Assembly: GCA_951406725.2 (NCBI GenBank)
Contig: OX597832.1
Span: forward strand, 12,028,001-12,092,000
Reading direction: 5' to 3'
DNA: 64,000 bases
DNA from: Octopus vulgaris
Taxonomy: Eukaryota
Shown: piece after piece, positions 1 through 13,848 of the stretch
Position numbering within the stretch: the stretch's first letter is position 1
Layout: each line of letters starts with the position of its first letter
Program-made: the position numbers and the translations under genes
The notes under the pieces: model-generated
Databases searched by the model: none
The model's input: only the letters and a program-made list of their open reading frames with translations
Told to the model about the DNA's origin: nothing

Positions 1-504
1 TGTTGGCAGGTCAGTTTAGCAGACGTTTGGTAATGATATACTAAAATTACAACAATTCAGCGTAATTATCATTTCCTGTCCTAAACAAAAAAAGTCTGAA
101 AACATCTGGAATGCATCCCGTATATTGTATATATACACTGATGGGGGAGATAACCGCCCCATGAGCGTTTCTAGAATCATTAGACTAGTTTCATTCATTA
201 GTCCCAGGCATCAATCTGTAGTCAGTGAGGGTGCCGATGCACCTATTTGGCTAGAAATACGAGTTAAAAGTTCTCAATGCTGCAAAATTCGCGAAAGATG
301 TAACTGACAAGATGTAACCGCTACATGAGCATCTCTAGGAACACTAGACTAGACTAATTTCGCCTATCAGTCGTAGGCTCGTAGGTAGTAATTATTGAAA
401 CGCCAGAGAGTTTGGTTAAGTGCGGCTGTCAGTGTATATATATTTGAACCACAATAAATTATTGCTGAATACAGTATAACAGAAAAATACAAAAGAAACG
501 AAGG

Positions 505-723
505 GCAGAGTATTTTATTTCACGCTGCTCCAGTTCATTCAGGTGTAGAAATGAATTGCGACTTCACTGGCAGCAGAGCTGTATCGGCCCTTGCCTTTCC
601 CATGGATAACATCGGTGGCACGAGATTGGTGTGGACGGGTGACTGGTCTTCAGGACTTTTGCCTCTGAGGGAATTTCTACGCCTAATTTCATGATACTTC
701 GTAACCGAATGGATCACTTTCTC

Positions 724-725
<2 letters not shown>
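505..725 (+). mobile_element. Degenerate SINE (family E), 5' part decayed
   Basis: tttatttcacgctgctccagttcattcaggtgtagaaatgaattgcgacttcactgg...ggataacatcggtggc matches the reverse complement of the copy at 57690-58016. Confidence 0.65.
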
Positions 726-726
<1 letters not shown>

Positions 727-770
<44 letters not shown>

Positions 771-790
771 TAGATAGATAGATAGATGGA
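727..790. repeat. (TA)n plus (GATA)n microsatellite
   Basis: Directly visible. Confidence 0.95.
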
Positions 791-1449
791 TGGATACATG
801 CATTGATACCCAGATGCACACATACGTGCTTAGATATTTACAAGCGCTCATAAATATATTCGACTGAATTTGTGTAGTAGTTTGGGTAAGTATGCTGGCT
901 TCGACATGTGACTTAGGAGACAATTAGAAATATTTCATTTCAGAAAATATATTCAAAACCTCCATTTTCATATTGTCACACCTTACCTTTAAGCTTTGTA
1001 ATTTGTGCACTTTTATCCCAATAATTGCTGTTCATAATTGTTTCGCTGTGTTTTGTAGTTTCAACACCTTCATTGGTTAGAAGATGATTTCAGTATTACA
1101 GACACCTATATTTATTGTAATATTTGTTTACAGTTAATCAGATAATAATGCTGGAAGATAGTTTTCATATGAGATTATTTAGCTTAAGATAAATTCTAAA
1201 ATAAATTCCAATTAAGACCTTTATCAAATGACAAAATCATCAAAAAATATTGCCCAAAAGTATATTGTTCAGTACAAATTTATATCAATATGTACAAGTA
1301 ATACTATTTTTTTCTTGCATAAATGCACTCAGACATATGTATAAAAAAGGCTACACACATCCGCACGGGCTCGCACGCATGCACGTATAAACACATACAC
1401 GCACACACAATACATATATATGTATGTATATATATATATATATATATAT

Positions 1450-1580
1450 ATACATAGAATTATAAATTCATATATATGAATATGGATAAATATATATACA
1501 TAGAATTATACATTCATATATATATAAATATGGATAAATATATATACATAGATTTATACATTCATGTATATAGATATATA
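1450..1580. repeat. Tandem minisatellite, unit about 47 bp, about 3 copies
   Basis: tacatagaattata(a/c)attcatatata...aatatggataaatatata repeated. Confidence 0.8.
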
Positions 1581-2272
1581 AATAGACACACTCACTCAGA
1601 GGCACAACTTTTATTTATATGTAAATTCTCTCTCTCACACACAAACATATACCTATATATACCTGCATGTACATCGTATTATACATTCATATATATAGAT
1701 ATATAGGTAGATGCACAAACATACAGACACTCACATATATATAAATATTATACAAGGAGAATATACATTTTTGGGCACTATTTTTCTGATTTTATCATTT
1801 GATTACAGTATTAATTTGAAACTATTTTAAAAGTACGTTAAGCTGTATAATCGCATAGGAGAATTAGCTTCCAGCGTTATCTGTCTGCATAGAAGCAAAT
1901 ATAACAACTAAATGTATGTGTCTGTAATTATTTCAGTAACTATTTTATTATCGGGAAAAAGTTGAGAAGTTTTTAAATAAAAACTTAGAAAATAGTGATA
2001 TATTTACTTAACAGCGAGTTCTCGGAGGAATCAAAACTAAAATACGCCTTTACTGGTTATTTGCCCAAAGGAGGAAAAGACCATATGAAAATACATTATC
2101 TATTCAGTTTTAGAAATAAATCAGTGTTAATTGCTAAATTTGGAAACAAGTTTAAAAATAATTTAGACATAACAAGGTGTAGAAAATTCTCTCTCCTGAC
2201 ATCGTCACTCTTCAAAAACACGCACGCAGGCGCGCAAGCAAACACACGCTCATACAAACACGTATATATGTG

Positions 2273-2315
<43 letters not shown>

Positions 2316-2624
2316 CATACATATTTATGTATGTAAGCATATATCTGTAGATGCATAAGTGTGTGTATGGATATATGTATATACGTATGCATATATATGT
2401 GTGTTAATGCATATATATATATATATACATATCTACATAAGCACACATACAAACACATACGCACACACATCTATATAGATAGATAGATGGACGAACACAT
2501 CTACGCATACTCTCATGTGCGCACCCAAAGACGAACACATGTATATAGACACACGCACATCGATCTGCTGAAAAGTTAATAGGTTTACAGAGGTAGTCTC
2601 ATGGAAATTCTCACTAACTGAGCA

Positions 2625-2781
2625 TTATTTTTCCCATGTAGTCCTCCTTGCATTCTACCCAATCCTTATATCTGTGTTGCAGTGCTTGGACCCCTTTGGT
2701 TCAAGAATCTTTCATTCTGTTAGTAAAAAAAATGTCATGAACAGCAGAAATAATATGGTCATCACTACGATTCTGGTTCCC
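2625..2781 (-). pseudogene. Mariner transposase C-terminal fragment
   Basis: Minus strand reads GNQNRSDDHIISAVHD.. / TKGVQALQHRYKDWVECKEDY with frameshifts; resembles the mariner C-terminus GIQALQHRWKKCVDRKGDYVEK*. Confidence 0.75.
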
Positions 2782-2942
2782 ACCGAAGTATGTATGTTTG
2801 GGCCAGTCGCTAAGAAAATATTATTTCCGTACGACATATACATTCTACAAAATATTTGGCGTACAATTTCATTGGCATTCATTGGCTTGACACAGTTTCA
2901 CCACGTTTGCGTGTGTGTGTGTTTGTGTGAGTGTGTATAGTT

Positions 2943-3550
2943 GAACAGAAGAAAATTAAGGGAAATATATAATTGTTAATACACTATTTGCGAAAATGTA
3001 CCGTAATATAATTTTTCCTGTTTTTGCTTTTTTACCGTTTTGGCGTAAATATATATGAATTAACATAATATGTGTGTATGTATGTACAGACACACACATT
3101 TATACCAATATTTATACATGTGTATGTGAATGAGTGTATATATTCATAAAGCGCAAAAAATGCAATGTATCTTATAAGTTATTACAATGTGATACCTTAA
3201 GTGACGGATGTTCTGTCATTTTAGACAGTTATATCTCGGAATAATCTTTACTAATTATGGAGAAACTAATCGCTATTCCCTGAATGTCACCATCTATTTA
3301 AATTTCAAACATAGTATCCTTTAGGGTATTTTGTATTAAATATTGCCTTTTGCACTATTGAATTGTAATAATTGGGTGCCAATCAGTCTGTAGATGTCGT
3401 CTCCAAAAACTAAGATTAATTCAATAGAAGAGAATGGAGGAAAAAATAAATAAATGTTGATACAATATATTAGAAAACATACCGTAATATAAGTTTTCCC
3501 GTTTTTGCTTTTTTAACCGTTTTGGCGTAAATATCTATGAATTAAGATAA
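2943..3550. repeat. Diverged direct repeat pair of about 125 bp (2943-3068 and 3423-3550)
   Basis: Shared core taccgtaatataa.ttttcc.gtttttgctttttt(a)accgttttggcgtaaatat.tatgaattaa. Confidence 0.8.
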
Positions 3551-3792
3551 GATTTTATGTATGAAATTATTATGGATAGCCATATTGATTTCAGGGGAAA
3601 AAAACAATGGGAAAAGGAGCTTCATATAATATAATCTTCATACAATATTTTATTATTACTATTAAATATCGTTAGCAGATAGTCTTGACCATTTGACACT
3701 TTGTGATTCTCTGTGACTGATATGAGTAAAGGATTATGTTGTGACACATCGAAACTTCAGACGGAAGGTTTGTGATAAAACGAATTCCCGTT

Positions 3793-3962
3793 AAAGGGGC
3801 TGGTCGACTACATTTACCTAGTATCCCACTTTACTTATTTCATTGACCCATCGAACCGATGGATATCGACTTCGACGGACTTTGAACTTAAAACTTAAGA
3901 ACAGAGAAAATGCATCCAAGCATTTGTCTGGTGTGCTAACTGTTCTATTGGTTCGCTGCCTT
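3793..3962 (-). mobile_element. Degenerate SINE family A
   Basis: tcgacttcgacggactttgaact...aagcatttgtctggtgtgctaac...ggttcgctgcctt aligns to the reverse complement of family A. Confidence 0.6.
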
Positions 3963-4025
3963 AAATAATAATAAATTTGACAAACATATCAATGGCTCGG
4001 GTTGACTACAAGATGCTATATGTTA

Positions 4026-4257
4026 GGCGGCGAGAGGGCAGAAACGTTAGCACGCCGGGCGAAATGCTTAGCGGTATTTCGTCTGCCGTTACGTTGTGAG
4101 TTCAAATTCCGCCGAGGTCGACTTTGCCTTTCATACTTTCGGGGTCGATAAATTAAGTACCAGTTACGTAGTGGGGTCGATGTAATCGACTTAATACCTA
4201 TGTCTGTCCTTGTTTGCCCCTCTATGCTTAGTCCCTTGTGGTTAATAAAGAAATAGG
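4026..4257 (+). mobile_element. tRNA-derived SINE family A with 9-bp TSD
   Basis: ggcggcgag..ggcagaaacgttagcacgccgggcgaaatg head; gagttcaaattcc B-box; TSD tatatgtta at 4017-4025 and 4258-4266; several copies in window. Confidence 0.9.
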
Positions 4258-4489
4258 TATATGTTATGATTCCTCGTTCTGCGATTCTGAAATTACTGTA
4301 GATGGTCCGGGCAGTGAAAAAAAGGATTTATATGTTTAAAATTTTATAAGAAACTGGAAGACAGATGAAAGAGAAATTGGACAAGATGGCGCCAAGCGAG
4401 AAATGTTTCACTCTGACTGTTTAATGGTTCTATGTTACCACTCGGTTCAGAAATAGATGGGAGCCAGTTACAAACTGCAGAAAAACGCA

Positions 4490-4531
4490 AACACACACAC
4501 AAACAAACACACACGCAGACACAGACACACA

Positions 4532-4571
<40 letters not shown>
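4490..4571. repeat. (CA)n microsatellite
   Basis: Directly visible. Confidence 0.95.
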
Positions 4572-4574
<3 letters not shown>

Positions 4575-5288
4575 ATAATTTATGTAGGTCATTGCTTAGT
4601 GTTATTTCAAGATTTCTTGCCATTAAAGAAAGTATCGGTTCCTAACCTAGATCCAAGGTCCCCCTTTTGAGTTTCAACATTAAAAACAGGGTATTTTTGT
4701 ATGTATATATATGTGCAGATATGTATGTATTCTCATGCATATAGTTGCACATCTAGACATGCTCATATATATTTAAATGATAAACTTGTGGAAAGTTTTA
4801 CAGAGCTTTACAGTTCCATTGATTGGATCTGTTGTCTTCGAATTAGCTTTCTCCTTTCTGGTTATGTATGTGTGCGTATGTATGTACGTATGTGTGTATA
4901 TATGTATGTGCGTATGCATGTATATATCTACGTACGTATCTATGTATTTTAGTTACATCATTAATATAGGTACAATGTTAGAATTTTTTAATCAGTTGTA
5001 GGAATTATACGATAAAATCATTTTACCGACCAGTGAAATGAAATCCAAAGGAAAGCACAGGTTGGATTTGAAAGTACAGAGTAAAAACCGAGACACATAT
5101 TACAAGAGGTTATTATCTTAGGATACACCGATTCTGCTACTGTTGAATAATGTGACAGAAATGAAAATAATAATAGCAGATGAAATGAACCAGCATATGT
5201 GAAATAATGGAAAGAAGTTCAGAAGAAAGGAATCGTCTTCATTTCCTCTTTATCGATAAAAACGTTTTGCTTTCCAAGTTCTATCCCC

Positions 5289-5342
<54 letters not shown>

Positions 5343-6047
5343 TTTTCACAATGTGTAGTTTAAGTGCTTTGGCATTACTGAATGAGAAACACAATATTGT
5401 TGTTTTTTTCTCTCTCTTTTGAAAGCAACAATTCAGTCACTGGTTGTTACAAACACGTGGTTCTGTCCAACGACAACCGTTTCTGTACCAAAACTGTCGG
5501 TTTTACTCCAATTTTTGTTCCTGTATTACGTTATGTGTATCATATTATTTTACAGTTTTTGTTCACTTGAAATTACATTTTCGATTTAATTTCCTCCAAC
5601 TCTCACCTCTGAAAATACAAAAATACAAAAACAAAACAAAAATAAAATAAATAATACAGAAAATAATTACTCGTACGTTCTGAAGCCATATGGACAGCCA
5701 TTCTGTATTGGGCAGAGTATAGATTGGATTTTTTTTTCTTTTGAATAAAGAAACATAGCAATAACAAAGAACAGATGGTTTCTGGAAATTCATTATTTCC
5801 ATAGCCGATATACACAGGAGGTATTAGCTTATTTCCTAAATTATGAAATCCATGCAACTTCGAATTGAAACTTCTGGTGTTTCCGCCAAGCATATAAAAC
5901 ACATATAAGATTACGCGTTGTTATATACGTAGAGGTGGTATATGCGTTTATATAAGGAATATTTATTAACACGTTTCTTTGTGAGACAGAAAAAAAATTT
6001 TCTATAGAGATTCCATTAGTGTTCATACAAGTATTGGATTGATACTG

Positions 6048-6405
<358 letters not shown>

Positions 6406-6479
6406 TCACGTACGGCATTGACGGGGAAGCACATAGATTTATGCATGCTTATCTTTAGAAAAGTAAAGATATGAAACAT

Positions 6480-6830
6480 ATACTGAACAAAATGCCTGAT
6501 AGATAAAAAGAGATCGAATATCTATTTTGCAAAATGTGAACGCCACATCGAGTACTCGCATTGTAAATCTTTTCGAAGCTGTTAGAAAAGAAAAAATACG
6601 AACACTTGAAATAAGAGTGGCATTTACCAACTTACAAGAATGTCCCCTCACTAGGTAGCTAAAACTCGCAAGTCGCGTTAATTTTAGAACAAAGATAACA
6701 GCCAATAACAACGTAGTCCTAGATATACTTGGAAACCGGTGGATTGACTTTCATCATGTGTATTTTCGATCAACCTTGATCTTTAGCTCTCCAAAAATGC
6801 AGTTTGCTCAATGAATTTTTAACTGAATAT
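6480..6830 (-). mobile_element. Decayed CR1/L2-type LINE 3' remnant
   Basis: Minus-strand ORF contains RGHSCKL...SVRIFSF, similar to the CR1 ORF2 C-terminal TRGHxxKL...RxxFFS motif. Confidence 0.4.
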
Positions 6831-6934
6831 GATATTCATTTCTGAGTGGAAATTTTTCATCAGAATCAATGATTTTAAGAGCCTCCAACATTTCAATAAT
6901 TTATAGGACTATTCTAAGTATATATATATATAAT

Positions 6935-7188
6935 TCATTTATGCGCCCTTTTCAAGCCTAGCCAGGCTCATGAGCCCGGTTTCCCGGCTTCTGTGGCGTA
7001 TGTGATCTGGAAGAGTGAGAGAAAGTTGAGGCGAAAGAGTACAACGGGGGTCACCCCCCTGCAGAGCCTCGTAGAGCTTTAGATGTTTTCGCTCAATAAG
7101 CACACACAACGCCCTGTCTGAGAATCGAAATCGCGATCCTCCGACCGCGAGTCCGCTGCCCTAACCACTGGGTCATTGTGCCTCCACA
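6935..7188 (-). mobile_element. tRNA-derived SINE family B, internally deleted
   Basis: Head gtggaggcacaatgacccagtggttagggcagcggactcgcggtcgg on the minus strand; tail gcctggctaggcttgaaaagggcgcataaat shared with the 29.1-kb copy. Confidence 0.9.
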
Positions 7189-7252
<64 letters not shown>

Positions 7253-7531
7253 CTGTGTACATGTAAATATATGCACGCACACACACACTCACATACACAT
7301 ACCTACAAACGCACACATATTTCTTTAAACTCCAATAATTCGATATATTTAACCGCATGGTTCGCTCCATGCCTAACTCTATCTTTCCTCTTTGGCTTTC
7401 ATTTCAACTACATGGCTTGTCGTCTTTCTTTTCTCTTCTGTTTCCACTTCTACCTGTTATTTCCCACCATTCTCATGCGTTGACTCACCAAAACATCTCT
7501 TCTTCTGCATCTGTGTTTTCTTCAAGTCATA

Positions 7532-8775
7532 TATTGTGTCATCCTATAAATAATGCGTTTTTTCAATTGCATGAAATGAAATTCGGAGGGAGACGGGATA
7601 AACTACCTGCTTCAACTTGCAATAAAAGCAGCTGGTAATTTTACCTTCTCCTTATTCTTGCTGCAAGTTTTGAAGAGAGCAATCGATTTTAACAGTTAAT
7701 TTTTCAAAGCTGTAATGAAAGTGACAATGGAGCATATTCGGCATATTTTACTTTGTGAGTTCAATAAAGGCAACAATGTAACGGAAAGGGCAATGAATAT
7801 TAATGTAGTATATACGGATCTGACAATAAGCGTAAGCCAGTATCAACGGTGGTTTCAGAAATTCTGAGCTGGAAATTACAGCCTAGAAGACGAGCCGTGT
7901 CCTGGAAGATCTGTAGAGCATGACAAGGACGTTCTGTAAATCCTGGTGAAACAAAATCCCATTGTAAGCGTTGAGGAACTAGCAGAAACGCTTGGATTTG
8001 GTCATTCAAGCATTCATCGACACTTGAATGTCATCGGAAAAGTCAGCAAGTTGGTTCATCGCGTTTCTAAGAAGCATTCCGAGTTTAATCACGCGCAGAT
8101 TAAATGTGTGCTCTTCTTTGTTGTCATGTCTTACGAATGAACCTTTATTAGACCGAATAGTGACCGGTGACAAGAAATGGGTTCTCTATAAAAATGTCAA
8201 GCGCCGAAGACAGTGGGCAGGGAAGAGAAAAACACTGGCAGCCCAGGCAAAAGAAGGTCATCACCCACATAAGGTGTTGTTATCTGTTTGGTTGGATATG
8301 AAAGGTTTAGTCGACTTTGAACTTTTTAAAACCTAAACGATAACAAAGGAGATCTATGCGAGCAGCTTCAGCGATTTCAGTCAGCGCTAGAAGAAAACGA
8401 CTATCTTTGGTTTCAAGAAGAAAGGTGTTCTTCCACCAGGATAATGCTCGGTCACACCCAGGGAGAATTACATTCCAAAGGCTGGAGCAGTTTGAATGGG
8501 AAACCATGCCCCACCCATCATATTCGCAGGATATTCCCTCATCTGATTTTCATTTATCATGCATTTTTCAAAATCAGAACAGTACTGGGGGAGTATTTTC
8601 CGTCAAGGAGAAGTGAATTTTTGAAGCGGTACCTTGCAAATCTACCTGATAGATGGGAGAGCATTGTAGAAAATAAAGGAGAGTATATTTTAGAATAAAA
8701 AAGGACGTTTTTCATCTTAATTTTGAAAAATAAAGAAGTATAAAATAACACATTATTTATGGGTATGACCAAATA
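7532..8775 (+). mobile_element. Tc1/mariner DNA transposon, near full length, inactive
   Basis: Imperfect TIRs of about 28 bp (TA-ttgtgtcatcctataaataatgcgttt and aaataacacattatttatgggtatgaccaaa-TA), TA flanks, about 1.24 kb. Confidence 0.92.
7715..8698 (+). pseudogene. Mariner DD34D transposase, disrupted by frameshifts and stops
   Basis: MEHIRHILLCEFNKG N-terminus; IVTGDKKWVLY; HPHKVLLSVW; HQDNARSH-(34 aa)-YSQDIPSSDFHL; ends LPDRWESIVENKGEYILE*. Confidence 0.92.
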
Positions 8776-9382
8776 CAATCTTTATTGGATTTTTTCCAAA
8801 TGCGTGCTGAAAAGAAAATCATTAATTAGAGATGCTTGATATTAGAGAGCTTTAGTTTTAAATTTTTGCACTATTTACTACTAGCTTTCAATGTTACATT
8901 CAAGTAAGATTTACATATGATCCCAGTCACTTTAAAAAAAATTAATCTATGTTAAATACTATTGTTTTCTTGAAAAAAAAACCATCTCTAAACACTTCTG
9001 CCTTATTGAAAAGAATGGCCTTTCACCTTTCCTCAAATTATAAATCACCGAAACGCATTAGCCGCTATAGCTCTTCTTTTTGGTCATCTTTATACCTTTA
9101 ACAGAAAACAATATGAAAATTTTAATACTGTTTGTATACATTTAAAATGCTCACATTTTTCAAATCACCTGTAATATTTTTGAAACGATGAAATCGAGAG
9201 GTTTATACTGAAATTAGTGTTAGTATGAAAATCACCTTTAGGGCTAGTTATACGACTATTTCTATCGAATTATTTTTATTCAATATTTACATAATGTCCC
9301 TCATATTATTATTCATGACTGTCCTCATGTTGAGCCGGTTAATTGAAATGTGATTTGGCTTCTACTTCATAGGATGCTACCT

Positions 9383-9785
9383 CACACACACACACAAGCA
9401 CATACAAACATGCACATTCATACACACACATTCACAAGCATATACAGACATACACATTCACGCACACAAGTGCGCATTTAGACACATTCACTCACACATA
9501 AGCACATACAAACATACACATTCAAATACACATTCAATCAATACACACACGCATTCAGACATATACACACACTCACACACACATAAGCACATACAAACAT
9601 GCACATTCATACACACACATTCACTCACACACACACAAGCATATACAAACATACACATTCACACACACAAGCGTGCATTCTGACACATTCACTCACATAA
9701 GCACATACAAACATACACATTCAAATACACATTCAATCAAAACACACACACCAATTCAGAAACACACTCACACACACACACACAC
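9383..9785. repeat. CA-rich compound repeat with a higher-order duplication of about 187 bp
   Basis: aagcacatacaaacatgcacattcatacacacacattcac...ttcaaatacacattcaatca occurs twice. Confidence 0.85.
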
Positions 9786-9951
9786 CAATATCTGTTAAAT
9801 GTAATATATCATCTCACTATTCAATAACATTGTGTATATGAACATTTTAAATGCGTATTCACCGAAATAATGATGAAATATTGTAAATATATTAAGTGGA
9901 AGTCTCAGAATGAAATTGAATTTACTATATATACATATTATATATCGTGGC

Positions 9952-10273
9952 ACACCATTGGTTACGATGACAAGGGTTCCGTTTGATCCGATGAACGGAA
10001 CAGCCTCCTCGTGAAATTAACGTATAAGTGGCTGAGCACTCCACAGACACGTGAACGTTTAACGTAGTTCTCAGGGACATTCAGCGTAATACAGTGTGTG
10101 ACAAGGCTGGTCCATTGAAATACAGGTACGACAGAAACAGGAAGAAAGTGTGAGAGAAAGTTGTGATGAAAGAGTACAGAAGGGTTCTCCACCAACACTC
10201 ACTGCCGGAACCACGTGGCGCTTTAGGTACTTTCACCAAATAAACACTCACAAGACCCGGTATGGGAATCGAA

Positions 10274-10274
<1 letters not shown>
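9952..10274 (-). mobile_element. SINE family B, long-tail subtype, head truncated at a (TA)n array
   Basis: Homologous to 51292-51679 (gttccgtttgatccgatgaacggaacagcct...gtgaaattaacg...ctgagcactccacagacacg). Confidence 0.88.
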
Positions 10275-10326
<52 letters not shown>

Positions 10327-10464
10327 AATTTTTTACTTAATAAGATAAAAACTCAAGGCTGTGTAGATATTAGAGCATTTATAGATATTATATTATGCCT
10401 TATATCTATAAATGCTCTAACATATACACAGCCTTGGTTTTTTTATCTTATTACGCAAAAGATT
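10327..10464. repeat. Imperfect fold-back palindrome (core arms about 51 bp) next to (TA)n
   Basis: 10338-10388 is the near reverse complement of 10402-10453. Confidence 0.85.
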
Positions 10465-10624
10465 ATTATATACACATGTTGACATAGAACCAAGTTTGAA
10501 CCCCTTATTCGCAAAATTACCGAATCTGGAACTTAATCATGGTCTGTCTATAGCATTTATTGAGCATTATCTGACACCTTTCGGTCCCAATGACACCATT
10601 ATGTCTTATAAACTCAATTTCTCG

Positions 10625-10655
<31 letters not shown>

Positions 10656-12941
10656 CACTACGAAGATCCATTAAATGGATAGGGTCTCTTTTCTGACCAT
10701 TTTAAAAGTTACGTAAAATATGTATTATGAAATCAGTCGTAATTTTCATATGTTATACTTTGATACAACATATAGTTTTGGCGTGAGAATTTGCAAATAA
10801 GAAAAAAGGATGTTTTTTTCTGATATAACTTGCTCTATACTAATCTGTAGTATATAATCTACAGTAATTCTGTGATAACATCGTGTAAAATATCATTGAT
10901 ATTGGAGGCTGCATTTGTTAATGAGTTTAATGATAATTGATAATAATTCAAGCTTTGTTTAAGTTTCTGTGTAATGATTTAATTTCTGAATGATTTTAAT
11001 GATTGTTTTTTTATATCTCGATTAAAATGCTAAACAGTGATTTTTCAGTAGCACAACACACTTACAAACTGAATCATACATAAATGTAAGAAGTAAATGC
11101 AGACCTCTGGAAAGAAGACGCCAAATGGTTGCATGAGATTTCATTGATTTGATAGAGATATCACAGAAGAGTGGAATATGCTCAAGGCTAGAAATATTCA
11201 AAAGTGTTGATCATTCATAATCAGAACAAATAACTTGAGATAAACTGCTAGAATATATTGAAAGCAAATTTCTATTTTAGATAATACGTTTAAAACTTGA
11301 GAATTGTAGCACAATAATATCTTGGTTTTACTACATCAAAGTATCCAAGCCATATTCGATTCATCCATAAATGATGACCTCATCTAACATTCCCAATGAA
11401 ATATAGATAATCGAGTAACCTCGAGCGGCATCGACCACTAAATACTGCTTATCTCCATGAAACATTATGAAACAAACCATAAATATTGTCCCTTAAACTT
11501 TTCGGTTTATTCAAAATATTGTGAAGATATTTCCATAGCAATTAACTAAGAGATTACGCTCGTCATCTCGAAAGGTTAAATCCGTTAGAGCAAAATGCCT
11601 TATGCAAGATTAAAAGGTAGTTTCGATGCCTGATAAGAACATATAGCAAAAGTTTTCAAGAGAAGGTTAGCACCACTGTTCAATCGTATTTTTTTTTTCT
11701 TAACCGATCAAATAATATTATCCCTTGACTTTATGTTGTTTAGTTTAGATGGCCTATAATAAATTATATAAATATTTCAAGAATAAATGCAACATAAAAT
11801 ATTTCAGAATACACAATAGAATACATTTTATGTCTCGTGGAGCAAAACATTTAAAGGATTCATGGAAATTTCTCCTATGAAGTGAAACCATATATTTAAA
11901 ATGTAATCTATTCAGAAATTAATCTAAAATCCATATATATATATATATTCTGGTTTCCATACTTTATCATTACAGTAACAGTGTTAAATATAACTATGTA
12001 ATAATCTCTCAGATATATTTCTTCTATTTTGGTTGATGACTATTTTAAAGGAATTAGCTTTTATAATTTACCAGCATTTACTAGTAGAGTATACATCTAT
12101 TCGACACTGGTATTCAATTTATTTGCATCTTACGCCATTTTACTTCTATTATTCCAGGTAAATACTGTACATTCCTGCTCTAATAGTTTCTCACTTGGAA
12201 ATGCTCCACTTAATTGCTTCTTCTGATTGATCTTATTTAGCCATAACACCTCTAGGCCTATGTAAACTACGACACCGTATTACACTTTACTCCAATAATC
12301 AGAGCTTCACAGAGCAGTCGTTACAGAAAGCCTAAAATTAGCTACATCCTTTCGCCAGCTTATTATAGAGCCATTAAGGAAATATGTTTCTTTTTTTGTT
12401 GTTGTTGCTGTATGCACAAGTGATTGAGAGACATATTGTTAAGTTTTATGTCATCCGTACCTATTTTTGTTGGCACAACATTTAAAATACAACCAAACAA
12501 CAGAGCTGATGTTCACATGTAACGATTGAATAGATTTCATATTATTGTTATTGAATTTTTGCCAATGCGTTGGCAATCTACGTATATGTATTTTTGTCTT
12601 TTATTTTACATCCGTGTGTTAAACTAGTAAATATATAGCGTCTAGTACATTAGATCTAACAGTTCCGCAAGTTTATTCCTAAATCACAGTAGGAATTACA
12701 TTATAACACATTGCTTCAGTGTAAAGTATTTATTATAGAAAGTTTGAATAAGACATGTAACCTATAACATTATTATTCTGTATTCAGTGTGAAATTTCCT
12801 TTTTGCATCTCTTTATCGCAGTGTTAAATCCTGCTCCTCTAATGTATACCGACTCTCTGGTTATATTTCTCTGTAACACAGTAATGATATAATAGCATCA
12901 ATTAAGTGACAGCGTATATGAAATATAAATATATCAGTTCA

Positions 12942-13130
12942 GTTGATGTTTAGCAGCAGATCCGCCATGATTGAGTAGACTTACGATCAAAGGGTATTAC
13001 TAAACTATATCTTTTTGTCCATCTGATACTCCACTGTTCAATGTGACCTTTCAATTTATCCAAAGGTATGATGTGAACTGAGGTTACTTCTTTACAATAT
13101 CTGCTATGTCCATGACGCGCTTAGAAGCTC
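12942..13130. mobile_element. Degenerate interspersed repeat (family D); related fragments near 230-290, 46085-46150, 51110-51240 and 63380-63500
   Basis: Weak mutual similarity and resemblance to a recalled octopus repeat (gatcaaaggcattcc.. / ..ctagaaatagcagccaaatc..). Confidence 0.35.
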
Positions 13131-13425
13131 ACATATTAAAGGTTTGATTATGGAATCATTATATTACATTTACAGCAATGTAGAGGTGCATCTCCTTACG
13201 AACTGAGTTCAAATCCCTTCGGGTTCTTCTTTGACGTCGTTCATGTATATAACAAAAGTGTTATTGAAAGACTAACACACCCATTTTTCCAGACATATCA
13301 CTCGCCCAAACGTGTTAGTTTAGGAAATCTATACACTGATATCTATATTAGTTCAAATCATTATTAAAAGATACTCTTAAATACATGTACATACCACTAA
13401 ACCGAGTTTGTTTCGATAACCAATC

Positions 13426-13652
13426 ACTCTTTTTTTTACTCTTTTACTTGTTTCAGTCATTTGACTGCGGCCATGCTGGAGCACCGCCTTTAATCGAGCA
13501 ACTCGACCCCGGGACTTATTCTTTTGTAAGCCCAGTACTTATTTTATCGGTCTCTTTTGCCGAACCGCTAAGTAACGGGGACATAAACACACCAGCATCG
13601 GTTGTCAAGCAATGCTAGGGGGACAAGCACAGACACACAAGCACACACACGC

Positions 13653-13683
<31 letters not shown>

Positions 13684-13848
13684 TACGACGACGGGCTTCT
13701 TTCAGTTTCCGTCTACCAAATCCACTCACAACGCTTTGGTCGGCCCGAGGCTTTAGTAGAAGACACTTGCCCAAGATGCCACGCAGCGGGACTGAACCCG
13801 GAACCATGTGGTTGGTTAGCAAGCTACTTACCACACAGCCACTCCTGC
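13426..13848 (-). mobile_element. tRNA-derived SINE family C with internal (TA)/(TG) microsatellite and (AAAAGAGT)-type tail
   Basis: Near-identical reverse complement of 50298-50709. Confidence 0.92.
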
